64,000 bases of DNA from Polyangiales bacterium. Lineage in GTDB: Bacteria > Myxococcota_A > Polyangia > Polyangiales > Ga0077539. A model generated the notes under the pieces. The model did no database searches and was not told the origin of the DNA. It worked only from the letters and a program-made list of their open reading frames with translations. Where the stretch lies: NCBI GenBank assembly GCA_044229975.1, contig JBGARZ010000007.1:192001-256000 (forward strand). Reading direction: 5' to 3'. Both the position numbers and the translations under genes were made by a program. Below are positions 56,848 through 64,000 of this stretch, one piece after another (position 1 is the first letter of the stretch; each line of letters starts with the position of its first letter).

Positions 56848-57882
56848 ATGCTCGAAGAGATGTCGCTGGGCGCCGTCGCGCGGCGCGGAGGCCGTGGCTC
56901 GCGGAACACTCCCGCGTGGTGGATCGCCCTCGCCGTGCTGGCCGCGTGCGTGGTCTACGCGCCGGTCGCGGCCGGGTGTTCGGCGCGGTCGGCGACGTCG
57001 TTTCACCTGCGACCGCGGGCGGTGGTGCGCTCGGAGGGCCCGGAGCTTCCGGCGGGCACCGACCTGGAGGTGCTCGCGACGTCGGACGTCCATCGACCGG
57101 GTCCCACGGCGGGGGGCGTTTCGACGCCGGTGTTGAGCCATGTGCGGGTGACCGCGACGGGCGCCGAGGGCTACGCCTTCGTGGGCCCGCGCGAGCTCAA
57201 GCCGGGGTGTCCGCTGCTCGCCCCGATGGCCCCAACGTCGGGCGCAATCGCCTCGCGCATCGGCCACCAGTGGCACGTCAACTACGCGCGGTCGCCCGGC
57301 GTTGCGGAGACGCCAGCGCAGCGCCTGACCCGATGGGCCGTGGCCTTCGATGCGGCGCGTGACGAGGTGCTCGCGCGCTTCGACGCCGACCACAACGGCA
57401 GCGAGGAGACCCTCGTGCGAGCGCACCCCGAGGAGGGCGGCGCGGTGATCGTGCTGATGCGCGAGGGGGTGCGCGGGTCACCGGGCATCGTCGTCGATCA
57501 GGAGTGGGACCACGACCACCACTCGATTCAGTACGGCGAGGTGATCCACGCGGGCCGCGCGGACTACGTCGCGATGGACGATTGGGCCGTCGGGTTGTGC
57601 TTCGGGTGCCGGACGGCGCAGTGCGATGTGGCGTCTCGTCGGCTGCTGCGGCTGCACCCCGACGGCTGGTTCGTGGTGGTCGTCGACGTCCCGCGGGAGT
57701 CCGAGGGCGAGGCGCTCACGCTGCGCGGCGAGCCCGACGGGAGCGTCACCGTGACGGGCGCCGTGACGGGTCGCACGCAGCGGCTGCGCTTCGACGCGGC
57801 GACCTTCGCGCTGGTGCCCGACGGGCCGACGATGCCCCGCATCGCGCCCGCGGGCGGGCTGTGCGACGCGCTCGGTGGGTGA
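56848..57882 (+). CDS. Hypothetical exported protein
   Basis: Hydrophobic N-terminus ending AAGC; GC3-rich frame. Confidence 0.55.
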   Translation: MLEEMSLGAVARRGGRGSRNTPAWWIALAVLAACVVYAPVAAGCSARSATSFHLRPRAVVRSEGPELPAGTDLEVLATSDVHRPGPTAGGVSTPVLSHVRVTATGAEGYAFVGPRELKPGCPLLAPMAPTSGAIASRIGHQWHVNYARSPGVAETPAQRLTRWAVAFDAARDEVLARFDADHNGSEETLVRAHPEEGGAVIVLMREGVRGSPGIVVDQEWDHDHHSIQYGEVIHAGRADYVAMDDWAVGLCFGCRTAQCDVASRRLLRLHPDGWFVVVVDVPRESEGEALTLRGEPDGSVTVTGAVTGRTQRLRFDAATFALVPDGPTMPRIAPAGGLCDALGG

Positions 57883-57913
57883 GCCTCGCGGTTGCGGTAT
57901 GGTCCGCGCCGCC

Positions 57914-58954
57914 ATGACCGCCACCACCTGGAACCCCGTCACCTCCACCGGCCTCCGCATGGACGGCGAGCGCGTCTTCCTGCTCGATCAGCGCCGCCTT
58001 CCCGACGAGGAGCGCTGGGTCGACGCGACCGACCCCGCCGTCATGGAGGACTGCATCCGCACGCTCGCCGTGCGCGGCGCCCCGCTCATCGGCGTCGCGG
58101 CGGCCATGTGTCTCGGTCTCCTCGTGCGTTCGCGCTGCACTCCTTCCGTCTTCCGCGCCGAGGCCGCTCGTCTGCGCGCGTCGCGGCCCACCGCGGTCAA
58201 CCTCATGGCCGCCATCGACCGCCTGCTCGCCGCGGCGGACGACGACGACCTCTCGCGCGTCGACGCGGTGGCGATGGACGTCTTCGTCGACGACGTCGCC
58301 CGCGCCGACGCGATGGCCGAGCACGGTGCGGCGCTCATCGAGGACGGCGACGGGCTCGTCACCCACTGCAACACCGGCGGTCTTGCGACCGTGGGCGTGG
58401 GCACCGCGCTCGGCGTCATCATCCGCGCGCACCAGCAGGGCAAGCGCGTTCACGTCTACGTCGACGAGACGCGCCCGCTCCTCCAGGGCGGCCGCCTCAC
58501 CGCCTGGGAACTCCGCCGCCACCACATCCCCCACACCCTCATCACCGACAGCATGGCCGCGCTCGTCCTGCGCTCCGGCCGCGCCAGCAGGGTGTTCGTG
58601 GGCAGCGATCGTGTCGCGCGCAACGGCGACTTTGCCAACAAGGTCGGCACCTACGCCCTCGCGGTGGTGTCGGCGCACCACCACGTTCCGTTTCACCCGG
58701 TGGCTCCGTGGACGACGGTCGATCTCGCGTGCGTCGACGGCGACGCCATCCCCATCGAGCAGCGCGACGGCGACGAGGTGCGCGGCGCGTCGGGCTCCTT
58801 CGGCACCGTGCGCTGGTGCCCGCGCGAGACGGAGGCCTTCAACCCGAGCTTCGACGTCACACCGGTCACCCTCGTGACCTCGCTCGTCACCGACCGCGGC
58901 GTCTTCTCGCAGGACGACCTGCGCCGCGGCGCGCTCACCCGCCTCGACGTTTGA
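57914..58954 (+). CDS. mtnA: S-methyl-5-thioribose-1-phosphate isomerase
   Basis: LLDQRRLP, VRGAPLIG, SRPTAVNL, THCNTGGLAT, ETRPLLQGGRLT, ANKVGTY, NPSFDVTP. Confidence 0.96.
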   Translation: MTATTWNPVTSTGLRMDGERVFLLDQRRLPDEERWVDATDPAVMEDCIRTLAVRGAPLIGVAAAMCLGLLVRSRCTPSVFRAEAARLRASRPTAVNLMAAIDRLLAAADDDDLSRVDAVAMDVFVDDVARADAMAEHGAALIEDGDGLVTHCNTGGLATVGVGTALGVIIRAHQQGKRVHVYVDETRPLLQGGRLTAWELRRHHIPHTLITDSMAALVLRSGRASRVFVGSDRVARNGDFANKVGTYALAVVSAHHHVPFHPVAPWTTVDLACVDGDAIPIEQRDGDEVRGASGSFGTVRWCPRETEAFNPSFDVTPVTLVTSLVTDRGVFSQDDLRRGALTRLDV

Positions 58955-58962
58955 GTCACCCG

Positions 58963-59754
58963 ATGCCGCTACGAACCGTTCAGGCTGTCCGCTACGTGAT
59001 GCCCTTCCGCGAGGGCAGCTCGGTGCCCGCGCTGGTCGAGGGCGACGACCTCGGGCTCTACCTCGTGAAGCTGCGCGGCGCGGGGCAGGGGCCGAGGGCG
59101 CTCATCGCCGAGGTCGTCGCCGGTGAGCTCGCCCGCGCGGCGGGTCTGCGCGTCCCCGAGCTGGTGCTGGTGGAGCTCGATCGGCAGCTCGCGCGCGCCG
59201 AACCCGACCCCGAGCTGTGCCTGCCGTTGGAGAAGAGCGCGGGCCTCAACCTCGGCCTCGACTACCTCCCTGGCAGCATCACCTTCGACCCCATCGTCGG
59301 CCCTGCGCCCGACGCGACGACGGCCTCGCGGGTGGTGCTCTTCGACGCGCTCGTCACCAACGTCGACCGAACGCCCCGCAACCCCAACCTCCTCTCCTGG
59401 CACAAGCGCCTCTGGCTCATCGACCACGGCGCCGCGCTCTACTTCCACCACGGCTGGTCGTCGGACGACCCGCTCGACAACAGCCGCGATGTCTTCAAGG
59501 AGGTGAAGCAGCACGTGCTCCTGCGCTGGGCGTCGGCCCTCGACGAGGCGGCCGAGCACCTGCGCGCGTCGCTGACGCCCGAGGTGATCGCGGCGGTGAG
59601 CGCGGAGATTCCCGCGGAGTGGATGGGCGACGAGCCGGGGTTTGTGAGCGACGAGGCGCACCGCGCGGCGTACGCGACGTGGCTGCGAGCGAGGGTCGAG
59701 GCGATGCCGCTGTACCTGGAGGAGGCCCGCCGTGCCCGCGCGCTGCTCGTTTGA
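58963..59754 (+). CDS. HipA-like kinase (HipA_2 family)
   Basis: REGSSVP, LVKLRGAGQG, AEVVAGEL, NVDRTPRNPNLL, WLIDHGAAL. Confidence 0.88.
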   Translation: MPLRTVQAVRYVMPFREGSSVPALVEGDDLGLYLVKLRGAGQGPRALIAEVVAGELARAAGLRVPELVLVELDRQLARAEPDPELCLPLEKSAGLNLGLDYLPGSITFDPIVGPAPDATTASRVVLFDALVTNVDRTPRNPNLLSWHKRLWLIDHGAALYFHHGWSSDDPLDNSRDVFKEVKQHVLLRWASALDEAAEHLRASLTPEVIAAVSAEIPAEWMGDEPGFVSDEAHRAAYATWLRARVEAMPLYLEEARRARALLV

Positions 59755-60121
59755 CTACGCGGTGCTGCGGGTGGTTCCGCGGGTGGAGCGGGAGGAGTTC
59801 ATCAACGTCGGGGTGATCGTGTTCTGCTACGCGCTCGACTACCTCGACGCGCGCATCGAGCTCGACGAGACGCGGCTGCGGGCGTTGGCGCCGGCGGTCG
59901 ACGTGGCGGAGGTGCGGTCGTACCTCGAAGCGATCCCGCGGGTGTGCGCGGGCGGCGCGGCGGCCGGGCCCATCGGGGAGCTACCGTTGATGGAGCGCTG
60001 GAGCTGGCTGACGGCGCCGCGGAGCACGATGGTGCAGACGTCAGCGGCGCACGCGGGGCTGTGCGACGAGCCCGCGGCGGCGCTGGAGCGGCTGATGGAT
60101 CGGGCGGTGCGGCTGGGCTGA
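59732..60121 (+). CDS. DUF3037 domain protein (partner of the HipA-like kinase)
   Basis: FDYAVLRVVPRVEREEFINVGVI; WLTAPRSTMVQTS..H.GL. Confidence 0.88.
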   Translation: MPARCSFDYAVLRVVPRVEREEFINVGVIVFCYALDYLDARIELDETRLRALAPAVDVAEVRSYLEAIPRVCAGGAAAGPIGELPLMERWSWLTAPRSTMVQTSAAHAGLCDEPAAALERLMDRAVRLG

Positions 60122-60559
60122 GCGCGTCGGGTCGTCAGTCGCTGACGGTGCCGCCCCGACGGAGGTGCTCTGCGAGGTAGCCGTCCACCGCGATGGCGAC
60201 CGCGGCGCTCTGCTCGTCCACGGTGAGCTCGGCCAATGCCTTCGCGAGGTTCGCTCTCACCTGGTGCTCCGCGGAAGCCCGCGTGGTCGCGTTGGAGAGC
60301 CCGCGCAGGGATTCCACCGCGCGAACGTGGCTCCCTCGCTGGCGCCAGCGGTCTGCGTCCATCGTCACGGCAGACTGTCTACGGCCCGACCCCCGCGTGC
60401 GGAAGTGGTGCGCGCTGCGCCATCGGGAGGACGCAGAGCCGCAGCGGCGCCGGTTGATGCTCGTCCGAACATCTCCACAGAAAGACCCACCAGATGACAG
60501 TGTCTGGGAAGACTTCCAGTCCCCGATCACTCCCCCCAGGAATGATCGAGAACTACTTG

Positions 60560-60632
60560 CGCGCCCGGGAAGGGTCGAACTTCCAACCCCCAGATCCGTA
60601 GTCTGGTGCTCTATCCATTGAGCTACGGGCGC
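60560..60632 (-). tRNA. tRNA-Arg (anticodon ACG); 3' CCA not encoded
   Basis: GCGCCCG/CGGGCGC acceptor stem; D arm TAGCTCAATGGATAGAGC; CCAGA-CTACGGA-TCTGG anticodon arm; GGAAG-TTCGACC-CTTCC T arm. Confidence 0.97.
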
Positions 60633-60726
60633 TTGCGAAGGAGCGCCCTTCTATCAGCTCCGTTTGGGGTGTCAACTTTTTCTGTCAGCGACCCTCCTCT
60701 CACCTCCGCGCCGCTCCCCTTCGTCG

Positions 60727-61845
60727 CTACCCGATGGCCCCGCTGAGCGCGCGCGACAGCCCTTCCACCGCGCGCCTCCGCCCGCTCAGCAGCGCCTCCA
60801 CGTCGCCCAGGTACACCTGCGCCTCCGCGTACCGCGCGTCGCCGTAGCGCTCCGCCGCCATCCGGTCGCGCAGCGCAAACGCCCGCTGCCCCGCCGAGGC
60901 CACCGAGGCCACCGAGGCCAGCAGCTCGTCCCGCTGCGCCATGCTGGCGACGCCCGCCGAGCGCGACAGCTCCGACCGCACGTCCTCGGCCGGCGCCATC
61001 AACACCGTCGCCATCAGCGTGCTCGCGAACCGCAACACCGGCCGCGCCAGGTCGAGCCGCCCCGCCTCGTCCACCGCGTCGAGGTACGCCTCCAGCGCCC
61101 GACCCAGCGCCGCCCAGCGCGGGGTGCGCAGCGCCGCCGGCACCGACGTGCGCTCCGACCACAGCGCCAGCGCGGCCGCCGACCACTGCCTCGCCACGCG
61201 CTCCTCGATGCACTCCAGCACCCGCACCGTGCCCGGCGCCGTCAGCCGCGTAAACGCATCCCGCAGCTCGCGCCGCGTCATCTCGCCCCGCGGCGACAAC
61301 AGCAACGCCACCGGCGACTGCCGCACCAGGCGCTCCCGCAACACCCGCAGGTCGTCGTCGAAGAGTCGAAACGACCCCAGACCCCGCGACGCCAGGTGGA
61401 AGAACACCCAGTCGCCCACCTCCGTCGACTGCTCGGGGATCACCTTCCGCAGCGCCTTGCGCGCACCCCGATCAGCCTCCGTGCGCGACGCCCCCACCAG
61501 CCCCGGGAGCTGCGCCGCGCCCTCCAGCCAGAGCGTTCGGCTCGCCTCGGTGTAGCGCGGGACAAAGCCTCTGCCCGCCTCCGCGTCCCACGCGCGCGCC
61601 CGCACCCGGCGGCCGTCGCGCAGCAGCACCCGCTCGCGCCACCCGCCGTCCTCCACCAGGAAGCGCATCACGCCCCGCGCGATGCGCCGCGAGCCCGCCC
61701 ACGCCAGCTCCGGCGACACCTTCGGGAGCTTCACCGGAACCGTCACCGCGTCGCCGCGACCACGCCCCAGCAGCGCGTCGAGCACCTGCAACGACTGCCC
61801 CTCCGCCACCGAGAATACCCGCCTGGGTAAGGTCCACTGCTCCAT
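60727..61845 (-). CDS. Helical protein resembling FtsH ternary system domain X6
   Basis: GGWRERVLLRDGRRVRARAW, GDWVFFHLA and C-terminal ERYGDARYAEAQ resemble fvmX6 as recalled; not verified by search. Confidence 0.55.
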   Translation of the reverse strand: MEQWTLPRRVFSVAEGQSLQVLDALLGRGRGDAVTVPVKLPKVSPELAWAGSRRIARGVMRFLVEDGGWRERVLLRDGRRVRARAWDAEAGRGFVPRYTEASRTLWLEGAAQLPGLVGASRTEADRGARKALRKVIPEQSTEVGDWVFFHLASRGLGSFRLFDDDLRVLRERLVRQSPVALLLSPRGEMTRRELRDAFTRLTAPGTVRVLECIEERVARQWSAAALALWSERTSVPAALRTPRWAALGRALEAYLDAVDEAGRLDLARPVLRFASTLMATVLMAPAEDVRSELSRSAGVASMAQRDELLASVASVASAGQRAFALRDRMAAERYGDARYAEAQVYLGDVEALLSGRRRAVEGLSRALSGAIG

Positions 61846-61856
61846 CGGTTGGTCGC

Positions 61857-63998
61857 CTACCGGCCGATGGTACGACGGGCCGACACCCGCTCGCACGACA
61901 ACCCGATGCGCCGTCGACCGCGCCACGCCTCACCCCGCAGCGCGCCCGCCTCCGCGCGCAACGCGAAGCTCCGCACCGGGCTCCCCTCGCTCCCGCGGCG
62001 CTCGACGTCCGTCAGGTCGCGCGACTCGCCGCCCACGATGGCGCGCACACACAGCCCGCCGTCGGTCACTTCGAGCCGCTCCTCCACCTGCCAGTCGACC
62101 TCGTTGGGCGCCCAGTCCACGCCGCGCACCTCGCTCCAGCGATGCGTTCGTCGCATCACGCCGCGCGCCGCACCCGCCGCCCCGCACGGCAGCAGCGCCC
62201 CGTCGTCCTCCACCGTTCGCTCCGTTGCATCACCCGACAGCGCCACGAAACGCCACCGCCGCGGCCCGGACGGAACCCACAGCCCGTCGCCTCCATCGAG
62301 CGAGCCCGCGTGGATGAGCTCCGGCGGCGCCTCGCTCACCACCGTTCGCCGCGCCGCGACCTGCCCCGTCGCCGCGTCGAAGGCCACGGCCTGCACCACC
62401 GTCGACCCGCCCGCCGACCCCCGCGAGAGCGCCGTCGCGCGCCCACCGTCGGCCTGCAACAGCTCCGTGGTGAAAGGGCCCGCGAAGTGTTCGAGCGGGA
62501 AGGGCTGCACCCCCGTCGCGGTCGCCAGGAAGGTCTCGCAGCGCGACCCCGCGCACCGATCGATGAGCGCGACCGGAAGAGTCATTCCGATGGCCGCCGC
62601 GCCTCGCAGCGTCACGCTCTCCGCCGTCGGAGGCAGCCGTGCGTGGGTCTCCTGCGAGATGCCTTCGCCGCTCCAACTCACCGTCACCTCGCCGCGGTGA
62701 TCGGTCCATTGCAGGGTGTAACCCGACACGGCCACGCCGCGCTCCAGCAGCGGCGCCGGGCCCAGCTCGTCGCCCCACGCGCACGCGAAGTGCGCCCGCT
62801 CCGGCGCCCTCCGCGGCGGCGTCGACCACTCCGCCGGACGCGCCGGGACGTCTCTCGTTCGCGTCACGAACCACGGCTCACCGTGTACTTCGTCGGTCCA
62901 CTCCAGCACGCCCGCGAGGCGGCACACCGCGCCCGCGCAGTAGCTCAACCCCTCCGCGTCGAGGGCCACCGACGCGGCCGATCCGCGCACCGGCGATGGC
63001 ATCCGCGCAAACCCCGCGCCCGGCTCGTAGCGCCACAACGCCTCGGCCCCGCGGCCCACCGCGTACGCCACCCCGCCCGCGCCGTGGACGCCGCGCAGCG
63101 CTCCCGTCGGTGCGTCGTGCGCGCTCCATCGAACGGCGCCCGACCCGTCGAGCACGCCACGGTGCAACACCGGTCGACCGTCGCCGCGGCGTCCCCACAC
63201 CGCCAGCGCGTCGCCCGCCCAGCGCAGCCCGCGCGCCTCGCTCGCACCCACTGGGAGCGTCAGGAGGGAGAGGGAGGTTCCGCGCAGCACGGCGACGCGT
63301 CCCGCGCCTCCGCCGTCGTGGGTCTCGACGAGCAGCGCTGCTCCGTTGTGCAGGTCGAGGGGTTGCGCCGCGAAGGGCGCGCGCACCGTCACCTCGCGGC
63401 CGTCCGCTCCGTGCACACAGAACGCCGTCGCGTCGGGCGTCGCGCCGCGCTCGCACGGGGCCGCCACCACGAAGGCATCGGAGCGGTCGTCGAAGACCAC
63501 GTCGCCCATCGGGTCGCCCAGGCGCGCATCGCGGAGCACCCGCCACCCGCCCGTCTCCGTTGGCGCAAACACCGCGCGGGCCCAGCCCTCGTGGGTGCAC
63601 ACGAGGCGCCATGATCCGTGGGCGCCCGCGATCACGCAGCCTTCGCCGGGGTTGGCCACGCGACGAAGCGCGCGACGGGTGCGCGGGTCGACGAGGGCCA
63701 CGGCGTCGCCGTCGATCACGGCGAGCGTTCCGTCGGCGAGGGCCGCGACGCGCGATGGGTCGGCGGGCAACAGCATGGGAGGAGACGCGGCCGCGGGGGA
63801 GGTCGGCTCCGTCGCGTGGACGAAGGCGCCCAGGGTCAGCGCGTCGGTTCGCGCCGTCGGAACGCCCGCATCGTCGAGCACCCAGCGCCCGTGCACCGAC
63901 TCGACGAGCGCCGCGCCGTGGACCACCCCGAGCGCGGTGGGCACGTCATCGCCCGGCAGCGTGAGCTCGGTGAAGTGCCGGCCGCCGTCGTCGGAGCG
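61857..63998 (-). CDS. 3' part of a large hypothetical protein with a BNR/Asp-box (runs off the window end)
   Basis: Frame open to the window edge; RSDDGGRHF Asp-box; Cys/Trp-rich beta segments. Confidence 0.7.
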   Translation of the reverse strand, partial: RSDDGGRHFTELTLPGDDVPTALGVVHGAALVESVHGRWVLDDAGVPTARTDALTLGAFVHATEPTSPAAASPPMLLPADPSRVAALADGTLAVIDGDAVALVDPRTRRALRRVANPGEGCVIAGAHGSWRLVCTHEGWARAVFAPTETGGWRVLRDARLGDPMGDVVFDDRSDAFVVAAPCERGATPDATAFCVHGADGREVTVRAPFAAQPLDLHNGAALLVETHDGGGAGRVAVLRGTSLSLLTLPVGASEARGLRWAGDALAVWGRRGDGRPVLHRGVLDGSGAVRWSAHDAPTGALRGVHGAGGVAYAVGRGAEALWRYEPGAGFARMPSPVRGSAASVALDAEGLSYCAGAVCRLAGVLEWTDEVHGEPWFVTRTRDVPARPAEWSTPPRRAPERAHFACAWGDELGPAPLLERGVAVSGYTLQWTDHRGEVTVSWSGEGISQETHARLPPTAESVTLRGAAAIGMTLPVALIDRCAGSRCETFLATATGVQPFPLEHFAGPFTTELLQADGGRATALSRGSAGGSTVVQAVAFDAATGQVAARRTVVSEAPPELIHAGSLDGGDGLWVPSGPRRWRFVALSGDATERTVEDDGALLPCGAAGAARGVMRRTHRWSEVRGVDWAPNEVDWQVEERLEVTDGGLCVRAIVGGESRDLTDVERRGSEGSPVRSFALRAEAGALRGEAWRGRRRIGLSCERVSARRTIGR

Positions 63999-64000
63999 GT

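Noticed and set aside
52692..57362. 1556-aa and 912-aa plus-strand ORFs, and the extension of the 1136-aa ORF
   Set aside because: These are stop-poor shadow frames of the GC-rich Cys-repeat gene with Arg/Ala/Pro-biased translations.
60135..60530. Small ORF or integrated-element remnant at the tRNA-Arg 3' end
   Set aside because: It may be coding, but it has no recognisable motif, no integrase nearby, and I found no duplicated tRNA 3' end (att) in the window.

Overview
Very GC-rich bacterial DNA (roughly 70% or more by eye). The gene content points to a myxobacterium-like organism (Myxococcota; inferred): Cys-rich repeat lipoproteins, a Ser/Thr kinase, a caspase-like protease, a Uma2 nuclease and a PilA-like protein. 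Housekeeping genes are def, a Nif3-like protein, mfd with a PpiC-like chaperone, mtnA and tRNA-Arg(ACG). They are interspersed with accessory genes: a 1498-aa Fe-S PD-(D/E)XK nuclease/SF1 helicase fusion, a nitrilase-fold putative effector with a small adaptor-like partner, a HipA-like kinase/DUF3037 pair, an FtsH-ternary-system-like protein, and several frameshifted or fragmentary genes. The most unusual signal is non-coding. Three related long hairpin elements (19364-19691, 30695-30949, 45599-45832) have 90-141 bp inverted arms that share the motifs CGCCGGAGTTC and CACTCC..GGCTATTTCACG. Each arm ends in a CRISPR-repeat-like inner stem-loop, and each pair encloses a unique, lower-GC 37-54 bp spacer. 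A fourth perfect 59-bp inverted repeat with a 10-bp flanking duplication, a modular 53-54 bp repeat family and GTAG-type REPs also occur. No transposase, integrase, cas1/cas2 or canonical CRISPR array is visible. All calls come from motif reading only; no database searches were run.
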